Shown piece by piece: positions 36,148 to 45,120 of a stretch of 50,803 nt of DNA. The stretch is from positions 1-50,803 of the forward strand of contig JAKEHD010000252.1 in the NCBI GenBank assembly GCA_022615215.1, given 5' to 3'. The notes below the pieces were generated by a model. It saw only the letters and a list, made by a program, of their open reading frames with translations, searched no databases and had not been told where the DNA came from. This DNA is from Blastocatellia bacterium (GTDB taxonomy: Bacteria > Acidobacteriota > Blastocatellia > UBA7656). Position 1 is the first letter of the stretch; every line of letters starts with the position of its first letter. Made by a program: the position numbers and the translations under genes.

Positions 36148-36861
36148 ATGAAGAAAAGTTTGTCCGTAATTTTTCTCGCCGCCGTCCTCGCGCTCGCGGC
36201 GATACCGGCGCTGCCACAGGCGGCACGCGAAGCCACTATAGAGCCTGAGACGAAGGCCCGCCTCTCGCTTCAATCTCAACTCAATTCCAAGTTGAACGAA
36301 CCCGGAGATATGATCACAGCCGTGCTTTACGAGCCTGTCTATGTCGACGGCAAGCTGATCCTGCCGCGCGGCACCGAATTCCATGGAAGGGTCACCGATG
36401 TGAAGCCCGCGGGTCGCGGCCTGAAGAACGGAAGCATATCGATCATCTTCGAGCGAATATCCATGCCCTGGGGCGAAGAACCCGTGTCGGTCGTGCTCAC
36501 GGCGATAGACGATTGGGAGAATGACGAAAAGTATAAGGCCGACGCCGAAGGCAAAGTCGACGGCAAACGAAACGGCAAAAACACGGCTGAAAACGTGGCT
36601 CTCGGCGGCACGATAGGAACCTCGGCCGGAATAGGGACCGTGCTCTTGAGCGGGTCCAGGGCTGGCGGAGGGGCTGCGATAGTCGGCGGGTTGCTCGGCG
36701 GGTTGCTGCTGACCAAAGGGGGCAATGTCAAGGTCGCTCCGGGCACGATCTTCCGCATAAAGTTTGTAAAGCCTTTGACCTTGCCTGTAATTCAACAATA
36801 CAGTTCATCCCCTCGCCCGATTCAGCAGGACGAACCGCCTGAGACTGTGAAAAAACCTTGA
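36148..36861 (+). CDS. hypothetical secreted protein with C-terminal glycine-zipper segment
   Basis: The ATG at 36148 follows GGAGG. The signal peptide is MKKSLSVIFLAAVLALAAIPALPQAA. The glycine zipper is GGTIGTSAGIGTVLLSGSRAGGGAAIVGGLLGGLLL. Confidence 0.6.
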   Translation: MKKSLSVIFLAAVLALAAIPALPQAAREATIEPETKARLSLQSQLNSKLNEPGDMITAVLYEPVYVDGKLILPRGTEFHGRVTDVKPAGRGLKNGSISIIFERISMPWGEEPVSVVLTAIDDWENDEKYKADAEGKVDGKRNGKNTAENVALGGTIGTSAGIGTVLLSGSRAGGGAAIVGGLLGGLLLTKGGNVKVAPGTIFRIKFVKPLTLPVIQQYSSSPRPIQQDEPPETVKKP

Positions 36862-37016
36862 TCGGGCAGCGCCATTTTATATGGTCCGTTTTCGCTGTGG
36901 CGAAAGCCTTCGACTTGCGCTATATTCGAGATGCGGTTATTTGACGAGAGGCCGGGTCCGAGGACTCGGCCTGCTGTCGGTCATACCGGCAACCGGATAA
37001 AACATGGAGCGCAGGG

Positions 37017-37772
37017 ATGTGGAGACGTACTAAAAGGCTTATCAATTCTTACCTGGACGATCTCATCAATCGAGCAAGCAGTCCTGAAAAGGACGTTCGG
37101 GCCATGACGCGCGCCGAGATTGGGCGGCTCAATGAAATCGAGGTGCAGTCGCGCGCGTCGGTGAAGGTGTTTGAGAAAGAACTGGCCGAAGTGGAATTGA
37201 AGATGATAGGCGTGGCCGAGCGCGAGCGACAGGCGCGCGAACAGGGGAACGCACCCGTAGCTTCAACCGCCACAAACAATCTCATCGCTCTCTCTTCTCA
37301 GCGCGACCTGCTCAAGAAACAGATCGCAGATGCCAGTGCTGCTGCCGAGCGCGCTCGCGTCCTGCGCGAGGAACGCCGACAGATTGGCGAAGAGCTTGCC
37401 ACAGAAACCCATCTTACCTCCATGCGCGAAAACCTTGCGGGCATACAATCGCCCTTCGACGCGACCGACCCCGCCTCGACCATAGATGAAATGCGCGCGC
37501 GATTGAATCGTTCGGGCACGCCTGCGGTCGACTCTCGCGTCGCCGAAGCTGACCGCGAACTCGAAGCCGAACGCGCTCGCGCGGCCGCCGATGAATTGCT
37601 GGCGCGTTACAAGCAAGGCATAAGCGGCGGCGCGTCTAAGGAAAATACTGCTCAATCTCCTTCAGCCAAACCTTCTACTCCCTCTCCTTCCTCTGAATCG
37701 GTCGAAGACGAAGGGGCGAAATCATCCAAATCGCTCGGCCGCACAGACGGCCCTCTTCGCCCGATAGATTGA
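37017..37772 (+). CDS. PspA/IM30-like coiled-coil protein (tentative)
   Basis: The N-terminus RLINSYLDDLINRASSPEKDVRAMTRAEIGRLNE resembles the PspA/IM30 start. The rest is long heptad-rich helices with a low-complexity tail. Confidence 0.45.
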   Translation: MWRRTKRLINSYLDDLINRASSPEKDVRAMTRAEIGRLNEIEVQSRASVKVFEKELAEVELKMIGVAERERQAREQGNAPVASTATNNLIALSSQRDLLKKQIADASAAAERARVLREERRQIGEELATETHLTSMRENLAGIQSPFDATDPASTIDEMRARLNRSGTPAVDSRVAEADRELEAERARAAADELLARYKQGISGGASKENTAQSPSAKPSTPSPSSESVEDEGAKSSKSLGRTDGPLRPID

Positions 37773-37793
37773 GCGAAATCTCTTTGTGATTTG

Positions 37794-37938
37794 GTCCGTC
37801 GTCCGTCGTTTTTCTGCCAGTGCGCTGATTAAAGAACAACTGATGGCTCCTGCCCCCGACCCCCGGCCCCTGACCCCTCTACTCGATTTATTATCTGTTT
37901 GATAGCAAGCCTTGCTTGTCACTCGTCACTTGTCATTG
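37794..37938. repeat. cluster of heptamer arrays (GTCCGTC x2; C-rich CCCNGNC units; TNGTCAC x3)
   Basis: gtccgtcgtccgtc is at 37794-37807, ctgcccccgacccccggcccctgacccct at about 37849-37877, and ttgtcactcgtcacttgtcat at 37915-37935. Lies in the convergent spacer between the PspA-like gene and the TBDR remnant. Confidence 0.85.
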
Positions 37939-38036
37939 TTGAATTCCTGACGATTACGATGATGCCTGTCGTGCGCTCCGCAAAAAAAGCGCACCGGCGG
38001 AGGGCCGGTGCGCGAAAGTTAGGGGGCGCTGCCAAG

Positions 38037-38252
38037 TTAGAAGCTCACTCGGAAGCCGAGTTGTAGAATTCGCGGAGACATCGCTCCTGTCGGCACGAGG
38101 AAGTTGGCGTTGTTGCCTCCGCTGAAATTGCCGCTCAGAGTGATCGGGTCGTAGTTGACCCTGTTTGCGAGGTTGAAGACCTCGAAAGTGAAGCCCGCCT
38201 TGATGCGTTCGGTGAAATCGTACTTGTAGGCCAGGCGCAGGTCTATGAGGAT
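38037..38252 (-). pseudogene. 3-prime remnant of a TonB-dependent receptor / OMP beta-barrel gene
   Basis: ...IDLRLAYKYDFTERIKAGFTFEVFNLANRVNYDP...PRILQLGFRVSF ends in the typical C-terminal aromatic residue of an OMP barrel. Only about 70 C-terminal residues are present and there is no upstream barrel or plug. Confidence 0.6.
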
Positions 38253-38332
38253 AGTACACTCTTGCCAATGGCGGAGCCGCCGTAACAACAAATGATTTGT
38301 TTGATGTTGACCCAAACCAAAACAATACCAAG

Positions 38333-38363
38333 CCACCAGACAATCGCAACTATTCGCTGGTGG
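38333..38363 (-). terminator. candidate terminator of the glycine-rich protein gene
   Basis: On the minus strand, CCACCAG-(17 nt)-CTGGTGG is followed by a T-rich run (cttggtattgttttggttt). Confidence 0.35.
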
Positions 38364-38412
38364 CTCGGTATTTCAGTCAGTATCTTTCAACTTTGGTTAT
38401 CCCCTGATTAAA

Positions 38413-40506
38413 TCATTGAGGGATTACAAAGAACACATCCCAGGCCCAGCGTCCTGTGCCCGATTGTCGTAATCGCTTTACCTTCGCGCGGAATCGGAAC
38501 CAGTTACCGTACTGATCCAGTTTCTTGAACTCTTTATAACGGAGCTTTATCGCTCTAACACCCATAGAAGATAATGTGTGCAATTCACTTGCCTCCGAAA
38601 GGCCGTTGTGATTGCTATCCTGCCATAGGCGAAGCAAGCCATAAACACTGTCTCTATTGTCTATCTTGCCATCTCCGTTACCACCGTTTTCTTCTTTATC
38701 GAATTCAGCGAGGGCTAGGAAACCATTCGGCTCGAATGATGGTGGCTGCGCTGTGACATTGCCAAATAACTCTTTGCCATTGTCTATCAGACCATTGGAG
38801 TTTCGGTCGAGTACGAGGAATGCATCATCTGACCCTGCGGCGGTCCATCCAATGTGGTCGGGGATGCCATTGCTATTGAGGTCGAAGTCAATCCCTTCTT
38901 CCGCGCCTGTAAGCGCAAACCCGTTCCCGGACACATCTATCAATATTGGAGAGGGGTGTTCACATGTGCAGGTGGTAGGGTTGAAATATCCCCCGCTGTT
39001 TTCGCATACCGTTTGATCATCAGGGTTACAACATGGTTCAGATGGGATTGGGGTGCAAGAACCAGTAGACCCGGATGTGCCGGAGGATCCCGGAAGGCCA
39101 ACACTTCCTGGTGAACCATTGCCGCCGAAAATGCCATCTATGCCGCCATTTCCGGAAGGCGGGGAGGTACATTGTGTACCCGCTCCTGCGCTACCACCGT
39201 CGCCGCCGAAATTTGCGAACCCCGGATCACCACCTTGGCCTCCTTCGCCACCGGAACCGCCTGGCCCTTCAGTGAAAATACAATTTATAGATCCCATCCA
39301 ATCTGAGGGGTATGAGACAATTATAGTCCCGCCATTACCGCCATCACCGCCATCTCCACCCTTACCACCGTCGCCGCCATTGCCGGCCCGACCACCGTCG
39401 CCGCCATTTCCCCCGTTTCCATTTCCGCCTTGATTGCATGGGCAATCGGCTCCGTTACCGCCAGAACCGCCCACTCCCCCACTTCCTCCCAGTCCTCCGA
39501 CTCCGCCTGTGCCGCCGTTACCGCCAGCTCCCCCTTTGCTTTTTAAGGTTACGGTAGTTGTGGTTCCGCAAGGGATTGCAAAAAATATGCTGCCTCCATC
39601 ACCGCCATCCTCGCCATTCTCAGTTCCACCTGTTCCACCAGTCCCTCCGTTTGCGCCTTTCATACCAGAGGTTCCATTCTGGTTGCCCCCACATATGCCA
39701 TCTACACCACCATTACCTGGATTCCCGGTTGACCCGACAGTGCCTGAAGAGCCAGTTCCTCCATCAGCGCCTTGCGATCCGTTCTCATTAATATTGAGAG
39801 TCGGAGAAGATGCCGCTTCCTTGCGAGACTTGTTTTTTTGTTTCAACCATTGTTTTCTACCATATCCACTGGTGTTTATCGTTATATGCCCCCCTGCTTT
39901 GATAACCGGGGTCGAAGGAAATACCCTCGCTTTTTCATTTGCATGTAGAGCAACTAACTGCTCGCTATCCCTTAAATCCCGGAGAGTCGTGCCCATTACA
40001 CCCATTCGCTGTATTGCAAACAGGTAAACATCATGATTGCCTCGTATTACAGCTTTATTGCCTTCAAAGATCAAGTTCTCTGCCAGAATCACTGTGTCCT
40101 CAGCAATCTCGATACTTTCGGGCAAGTAAAAAGTACCAGCGATATATGCGCCAGTTAGCGGTGAATCCTCATATTTTACGGTTTGCATCTCTGGCATGCT
40201 GGCAAGAAACGGCCTCAATTTTTTTCTCCAGTTCGAATCAAGCAGGATATCTGGATCGAAATCCACCCCTTTCGTTAGCAATAGTTCGCGCGCCGGTTTG
40301 AAGCTCTCACGCGTTCTTAATGCCTGCAACTCACGCTGCTCGTCACTGTCATTAGGTGAAGTCGCATTGGAACTCAATTGATAGTTGTTTACGCCTTGCC
40401 GCATGATCTTGGAGCGTGTTAGAGCAGTCAAATTAGAGCCTGTTAACAGACACACTGCCATTACAAAGGCCAGGACTTTGAAGCTATGTATTCTTTTAAG
40501 CATCAT
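38413..40506 (-). CDS. secreted glycine-rich repeat protein with C-terminal Ca-binding-like (DxNxNG) repeats
   Basis: The ATG at 40506 has an AAGGAG RBS, whereas the track start at 40686 was rejected. The signal peptide is [28 protein letters not shown]. The central 250 aa or so is GGxGGxG-type repeats ([28 protein letters not shown]...[17 protein letters not shown]) with spaced Cys residues. The C-terminus is [11 protein letters not shown]...[17 protein letters not shown]...[11 protein letters not shown] is lower than in the neighbouring genes. Confidence 0.75.
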   Translation of the reverse strand: MMLKRIHSFKVLAFVMAVCLLTGSNLTALTRSKIMRQGVNNYQLSSNATSPNDSDEQRELQALRTRESFKPARELLLTKGVDFDPDILLDSNWRKKLRPFLASMPEMQTVKYEDSPLTGAYIAGTFYLPESIEIAEDTVILAENLIFEGNKAVIRGNHDVYLFAIQRMGVMGTTLRDLRDSEQLVALHANEKARVFPSTPVIKAGGHITINTSGYGRKQWLKQKNKSRKEAASSPTLNINENGSQGADGGTGSSGTVGSTGNPGNGGVDGICGGNQNGTSGMKGANGGTGGTGGTENGEDGGDGGSIFFAIPCGTTTTVTLKSKGGAGGNGGTGGVGGLGGSGGVGGSGGNGADCPCNQGGNGNGGNGGDGGRAGNGGDGGKGGDGGDGGNGGTIIVSYPSDWMGSINCIFTEGPGGSGGEGGQGGDPGFANFGGDGGSAGAGTQCTSPPSGNGGIDGIFGGNGSPGSVGLPGSSGTSGSTGSCTPIPSEPCCNPDDQTVCENSGGYFNPTTCTCEHPSPILIDVSGNGFALTGAEEGIDFDLNSNGIPDHIGWTAAGSDDAFLVLDRNSNGLIDNGKELFGNVTAQPPSFEPNGFLALAEFDKEENGGNGDGKIDNRDSVYGLLRLWQDSNHNGLSEASELHTLSSMGVRAIKLRYKEFKKLDQYGNWFRFRAKVKRLRQSGTGRWAWDVFFVIPQ

Positions 40507-40530
40507 TTTTCTCCTTCGCTTGTGGTTGGA

Positions 40531-40565
40531 AAATACAAGCATCCTTATTAAGGATGCTTGTATTT
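40531..40565. promoter_or_regulatory. 16-bp perfect inverted repeat with 3-nt loop, 24 nt upstream of the glycine-rich protein start
   Basis: AAATACAAGCATCCTT-att-AAGGATGCTTGTATTT. Confidence 0.85.
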
Positions 40566-40993
40566 GATTATGAACCAAACTATTATGCGCCAATTTCAAG
40601 TTACTGCCGGTGAGGAGGCCAGCGAACTTCTTGGAGCCGCAATTGAATAAAACGAGACTCCACGCAGCTTGCTGTACAATGTGCATGGAAGGTGTTCAAT
40701 TCACTTTAGTAGCAGGCTACGAAGAATTCTTTATCCCACAGAACTTAAGGGCGATCCAAACTGCGCGGGGTAAATGAAACTTTGAGAGAGAAGTTCAGAG
40801 TACGCGCCTCAACGTGCAACAACCCGAAGGCTTGACCCTGTGCTTTATACAAAAGCCCATTTGATGCCGCGCCAAACATACACTTGATTATGGTTTTATC
40901 TCTGCAATTGCGAAGTATAACACAATGTAGTTTAAAAATAAACGGAACAATTCATACATAAAGAAAAAACTGTTCCAGGTCGTCGTTGAAAGG

Positions 40994-41953
40994 CTATTTC
41001 GCGTGGAAGAGAAGGATAGCCTCTATCATCTCGATGGATTCGAGAGAGAGCATATTGTCGATCTTCAGTTCTTCGACATGGCCGGGAAGGGCTTCGCGGA
41101 CGCGCGAGTGGGATATGGGCGATACGTAAACGGCGCGGGCCGTCCGGACGGCTTTGCGAATGCTGGAGAGATTGGTGTCGTCGAGCGCCTTTATGTTATC
41201 TATGACGGCGGGCGGAGTCCCAACCATGGTCAGGCGCTTGCGGAAAGCGGGAAAAAAACTCGCGTCCGATACGATCATCAAGACCTCGCCGCGATGGGCC
41301 GCCCCTGTGAGCATGGATATGTAAGCGGGGTCGAGCCTTACCTGTAGAGTTTTTTTGTCGTACCGGGTCGCAAGCTCCGCGACCTGTTTGTAGTGATAAT
41401 CGGTCGTGATGAAATAGTCCATCTGCGCGAGCAGATGTGCGAGTTGTTCGGTTGGCCGCTCCACACGGTCGAGCAAGACCGGAAAGACGCGCATGTTGAG
41501 CGTGGCGATAAGCTCGCTCGCGCAAAGCCTTATCTGCTCTTCGTTGCATTCGATCATGGCGGCCTGAACAGATTTGAAGCGCGATTTTTCGACGAAGTTT
41601 TGCATCAGAGCGACATAGTGTTGGGGAGGCAGTTTCAACTGGCCCGCCTGCGATAGATTCGATTTTATGAGCCTCAGTATTGAGAGGTGGTATGCCTGGT
41701 CGAGGTCGGCTTTTTCCGGGTCCGATACGAATGCTCCTGCCCCTGCGCGAAGCTCGACGTAGCCCTCCTGTTTGAGGTGCTGATAGATTGTGAAGGCCGT
41801 TTTGATGTTTATGTTATTGCGCGAGGCCACCTGTCTCACGCTCGGAAGCCGGTCTCCTGAGCGGAGCTTTCCCATATATAACGCGGTGAGCAATTGCTCG
41901 CGCGCCTGCTCGACCAGAGATTCCTTGCGGTTTTTGTCGAGGATGAATTGCAT
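40994..41953 (-). CDS. GntR-family transcriptional regulator with large C-terminal ligand-binding-like domain
   Basis: The N-terminal wHTH is LPSVRQVASRNNINIKTAFTIYQHLKQEGYVELRAGAGAFV. 319 aa. Confidence 0.85.
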   Translation of the reverse strand: MQFILDKNRKESLVEQAREQLLTALYMGKLRSGDRLPSVRQVASRNNINIKTAFTIYQHLKQEGYVELRAGAGAFVSDPEKADLDQAYHLSILRLIKSNLSQAGQLKLPPQHYVALMQNFVEKSRFKSVQAAMIECNEEQIRLCASELIATLNMRVFPVLLDRVERPTEQLAHLLAQMDYFITTDYHYKQVAELATRYDKKTLQVRLDPAYISMLTGAAHRGEVLMIVSDASFFPAFRKRLTMVGTPPAVIDNIKALDDTNLSSIRKAVRTARAVYVSPISHSRVREALPGHVEELKIDNMLSLESIEMIEAILLFHAK

Positions 41954-41957
41954 AAAT

Positions 41958-42056
41958 CAGTTGCCAGTGGTCAGCGGTCAGTTGGACCCCTCCCTTACGG
42001 TCGGGGTACTGAAGGTTTCGCCTAAAAGCGACAACGGACTCGGACTACGGACGAAG
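41958..42056. repeat. heptamer arrays (CAGTTGC CAGTGGT CAGCGGT CAGTTGG ... ACAACGG ACTCGG ACTACGG ACGAAGC)
   Basis: Left array is 41958-41985 and right array is 42031-42056. A small ACCCC/GGGGT hairpin sits between them. The element fills the spacer between the DHS-like stop and the GntR start. Confidence 0.85.
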
Positions 42057-42068
42057 CGCGAGATGCTT

Positions 42069-43016
42069 TCAACCTGAAAGAATCGCAGCGGCCAGCAAAG
42101 GGACCATGAATTCGTGATGCCCGGTAAAGGAAAAGCCTCGCCCGCTGCCCGCGACGGGGCGGCGCACGACGTTCGTCATCGGGCGATAGTGCTGAATGAA
42201 GTCGAAGTTGGCCGTAGTGAAATCTTCAAGCCTGTATCCGAGGTTGCGAACCACGGTGACGGTCTTGAGAAAGACTTCCGGCAGCACGACCGCAGAACCG
42301 AGATTCAGATAGACCCCGCCGCCGTCGAGCGTGCGCACTATCGAGCAGAGCAAGCGGAAGTCATCGTAAGTGGTCTGGCCCGTCGAAGCGCCGTCGGCGC
42401 TCGGATGTATGTGAACGATGTCGGTCCCTACAGCCACATGCACGGTCACGGGAACGCTCGCTTCGTAGGCGGCGTGAAGCAGAGACTCTCCGGCGTGCGC
42501 GGGTTGCATGAGATGAAGCTCGCGGCCGAGGCTTTCGCCCATGCCCAGATGATCGCGCGCGCCCGCTTTGATGGCTTCGTTTATGATGCGCCCGGTCTCT
42601 TCGGCCATGCCGAAGCTGCCCGACCCCAAAGTCGCATCCACATCTTCGGAGGTCGCTCCGGCGAGGGCTATCTCGAAGTCGTGTATCATCGCCGAGCCGT
42701 TCATGACGAAAGCGGTCGCGTACCCGCGTTTCATCAGATCGATCAGCAACGGACCCACGCCCGTCTTGATTACGTGACCGCCCATGCCGACTATGATGGC
42801 GCGGCCTTTCTGTTTCGCCTCACGAATGAGAGCGGCAAGCGCGCGGAGTTCGCGTGCGGCCAGAATGTTCGGGAGGCTGTCGAGAAACTCTTTCAGTGTG
42901 GAGTCGGGCGCGAGAGGGCGCGCGAAATCTTCGGTAGTCACCTTGCTCGGGCGCGAAGCGAGCGGATAGGTGGCTATAGCGGAAAAGTCCAGCGGCTCGA
43001 TTTTGTAGCGCGACAT
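42069..43016 (-). CDS. deoxyhypusine-synthase-like (DHS-fold) protein, tentative
   Basis: 315-aa ORF. Segments AIIVGMGGHVIKTGVGPLLIDLMKRGYATAFVMNGSAMIHDFEIAL and VPVTVHVAVGTDIVHIHP align by eye with the DHS blocks IFLGYTSNLISSG...VLVTTAGGVEEDL and IPVFSPALTDGSLGDM. The family assignment needs an HMM check. Confidence 0.5.
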   Translation of the reverse strand: MSRYKIEPLDFSAIATYPLASRPSKVTTEDFARPLAPDSTLKEFLDSLPNILAARELRALAALIREAKQKGRAIIVGMGGHVIKTGVGPLLIDLMKRGYATAFVMNGSAMIHDFEIALAGATSEDVDATLGSGSFGMAEETGRIINEAIKAGARDHLGMGESLGRELHLMQPAHAGESLLHAAYEASVPVTVHVAVGTDIVHIHPSADGASTGQTTYDDFRLLCSIVRTLDGGGVYLNLGSAVVLPEVFLKTVTVVRNLGYRLEDFTTANFDFIQHYRPMTNVVRRPVAGSGRGFSFTGHHEFMVPLLAAAILSG

Positions 43017-43019
43017 CGT

Positions 43020-43604
43020 TCAGTCCTGTTTTCCGGCCGGATAGATCGCCTCTTCGACCATCTCGCAAAGGATGTGGGCTATGGTTATGTGCGTCTCCTG
43101 AATGCGTTGAGTCGAGTCGGCTTCGACGACGAGCGCGAGGTCTACGAGCGCGGCAAGCTCTCCCCCTTTGCGTCCCGCGAGTCCTATGGTTTTTATATCC
43201 ATTTCGCGCGCCGCCCTGACCGCTCGCAGAACGTTAGGCGAGTTGCCGCTGGTCGAGATGGCAAGGGCCACATCGCCCGCTCGTCCGAGGGCGCGCAACT
43301 GGCGCTCGAACAACTCGTCGAACGAGGAGTCGTTCCCGACCGAGGTGAGAATCGAAGTGTCCGTAGTGAGCGCGATGGCAGCTATCGGAGGACGGTCGTA
43401 ATTGAGACGATTGACGAGTTCTGCGGCTATATGCTGTGCATCGGCGGCCGAACCCCCGTTGCCGAACGCCATAACCTTGCCGCCCGCAGCGATTGCATCG
43501 ATGATGATTTCCACAGCGCGCGCGACCTCGCCCGAATGCGAGTCGAAGAAGGCCCGCTTGGTCGCAATGCTCTGGCGCGCTATGTCTCGTATGCGTTCTA
43601 TCAT
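43020..43604 (-). CDS. SIS-domain protein, GmhA (sedoheptulose-7-phosphate isomerase)-like
   Basis: GGKVMAFGNGGSAADAQHIAAEL, LTSVGNDSSFDELF, ISTSGNSPNVLRAVRAARE and RIQETHITIAHILCEMVE closely parallel GmhA/DiaA. The start was chosen at the ATG at 43604; the track ORF extends to 43727. Confidence 0.8.
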   Translation of the reverse strand: MIERIRDIARQSIATKRAFFDSHSGEVARAVEIIIDAIAAGGKVMAFGNGGSAADAQHIAAELVNRLNYDRPPIAAIALTTDTSILTSVGNDSSFDELFERQLRALGRAGDVALAISTSGNSPNVLRAVRAAREMDIKTIGLAGRKGGELAALVDLALVVEADSTQRIQETHITIAHILCEMVEEAIYPAGKQD

Positions 43605-43772
43605 CGCAAGGGAGTAGTGTATTTTCTCGAAGTGCAAAAGACAAGTTGCATGAAGAGCCATCGCGCGATCACGAATAAATTTCGACCTGACATGATCGAA
43701 CGGACAGTTAGAAAGCGTCGCGCGCAAAGTGCCCGGCCCTTTCGCTAACCGGTCTTTTTGTGCGCCGACGGT

Positions 43773-44630
43773 TCACTGTTCGATCTTCTCGCGCCACCAG
43801 GTCGGCAGCGCGAAAGCGGCAGTGTGGACCGCGCTGTTGTAGTAGCGGCCGGTGAATTCGATTGCGGGATTATCGTAGGAGTGATAGCCCTCGGTGGCGA
43901 GCGCAAAGGCCATATCGCCGCCGATATAGGTCGGGATCGATGCTCTGTAAACCTGGACGTTGCCGAAAACTTCCCGCATTCGGCGCGCGCCTCGCTCAAG
44001 AACATCGTCCTGATAGGCAGGCACGCCCAGATGCTGGCAGACCACGCCGTTTGGCGCGAGGCACGACTTGATATCTCCGTAGAAATCCCGCCTGTAGAGC
44101 GACCGTCCGGGACCGATTGGATCCGTCGAGTCGATTATGACGGCGTCGAATCTCTCTCCGCCCCTTGCAGCCGAACGCATGTAAGCAGCCCCGTCGCCTA
44201 TCACCAGTTCGAGGCGCGGGTCGTCGTAGTCGCCATGTATACCGAGATATTCGACTGAGCGACGGACTACTATTTCATCAAGCTCCACCATCACTACACG
44301 CTTCACCCACGAATGGCGAAGCGCTTCCCGCAGGCAGCCGCCATCGCCGCCCCCGATGATGATTATGGCAGCAGAACCGCCCGGCCCTCGGCGTCCGAGC
44401 AGCGGAACCTGCACGAGCATCTCGTGATATACGAACTCATCGGCCAGCGTCGTTTGAATGAGGCCATCCAGTACGAGCACGCGGCCCAGGTGGTCGTGCT
44501 CCAGTATCTCCAACCTCTGATATGGAGTCGTCTCGGCGTAGAGCAATCGCCCTCTGAGGCCCTGGATTATGGTTTCCGGAATCCCTTTCTCGTACCACCA
44601 CCTGACTGCCGGGACCGCTTTTTCAAGCAT
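43773..44630 (-). CDS. speE: polyamine aminopropyltransferase (spermidine synthase)
   Basis: SPYQRLEILE-type N-terminus (TPYQRLEILEHDHLGRVLVLDG), YHEMLV, IIIGGGDGGCLRE, MVELDEIVV and IIDSTDPIGP. Confidence 0.9.
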   Translation of the reverse strand: MLEKAVPAVRWWYEKGIPETIIQGLRGRLLYAETTPYQRLEILEHDHLGRVLVLDGLIQTTLADEFVYHEMLVQVPLLGRRGPGGSAAIIIIGGGDGGCLREALRHSWVKRVVMVELDEIVVRRSVEYLGIHGDYDDPRLELVIGDGAAYMRSAARGGERFDAVIIDSTDPIGPGRSLYRRDFYGDIKSCLAPNGVVCQHLGVPAYQDDVLERGARRMREVFGNVQVYRASIPTYIGGDMAFALATEGYHSYDNPAIEFTGRYYNSAVHTAAFALPTWWREKIEQ

Positions 44631-45012
44631 TGCCGGTCTCCTTATAGCCCTTCATTACTTCGACATCCATATCGAAACCGCGCTTGAGTTGTCGCACCAT
44701 TATCTCTTTTGCCTGTAGGGCGTTCTTGAGTGTCTCCAATGCGCGCTCGGGGTCGCCGCTGCCGCAGAAGAAAAGGTCCGCCGCGAAGTAGTTGAATTCG
44801 GGCCAGGTGTGGATTGTGATGTGCGACTCGGCGAGCAGGGCCGTAGCCGTTACGCCGCGAGGCCTGAATTGATGAATAGATAATTCGATTAGCGTCACCC
44901 CTCCTGCCGCTATCGCCTCTTCAAGCGCCTGCCGAATCCGGTCTGCATCGTTGAGCAGATCGTACGGCGATGACCAGGCATCTATGATCAAATGTGTGCC
45001 AACGTTCTTCAT
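44623..45012 (-). CDS. speH: S-adenosylmethionine decarboxylase proenzyme (pyruvoyl, small bacterial/archaeal type)
   Basis: GTHLIIDAW, the self-processing site LLAESHITIHTWPE and AADLFFCG. The ATG is at 45012 and the stop overlaps the speE start by 8 nt (ATGCTTGA). Confidence 0.85.
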   Translation of the reverse strand: MKNVGTHLIIDAWSSPYDLLNDADRIRQALEEAIAAGGVTLIELSIHQFRPRGVTATALLAESHITIHTWPEFNYFAADLFFCGSGDPERALETLKNALQAKEIMVRQLKRGFDMDVEVMKGYKETGNA

Positions 45013-45120
45013 AGCGGTTGCCCTTCCGTTCTTTGGAAACTCAGGGACCGGCAACTCCCGATCATGCTCGACGGATGTTTTGTGCCGGCCTGTCGATCAA
45101 TCTCAGTCTTCTGTGCCTTC

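Noticed and set aside
37954-38349. 131-aa minus-strand ORF, together with the N-terminal part of the 38037-38336 ORF, considered as an intact small gene.
   Set aside because: Only residues from about ILIDLRL onward resemble an OMP barrel C-terminus. The upstream residues and the alternative frame are composition artefacts that cross the island boundary.
40507-40686. 60-codon N-terminal extension of the glycine-rich protein ORF.
   Set aside because: The internal ATG at 40506 has an AAGGAG RBS and is followed directly by a signal peptide. The extension would also read through the 16-bp palindrome.
42114-43748. 544-aa plus-strand ORF, the longest unannotated ORF in the track.
   Set aside because: It runs antisense across two well-supported minus-strand genes (DHS-like and SIS/GmhA-like). 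Its composition is Arg/Ala/Gly/Val-rich, as expected for the antisense frame of GC-rich genes. It has no recognisable motifs, signal or RBS.
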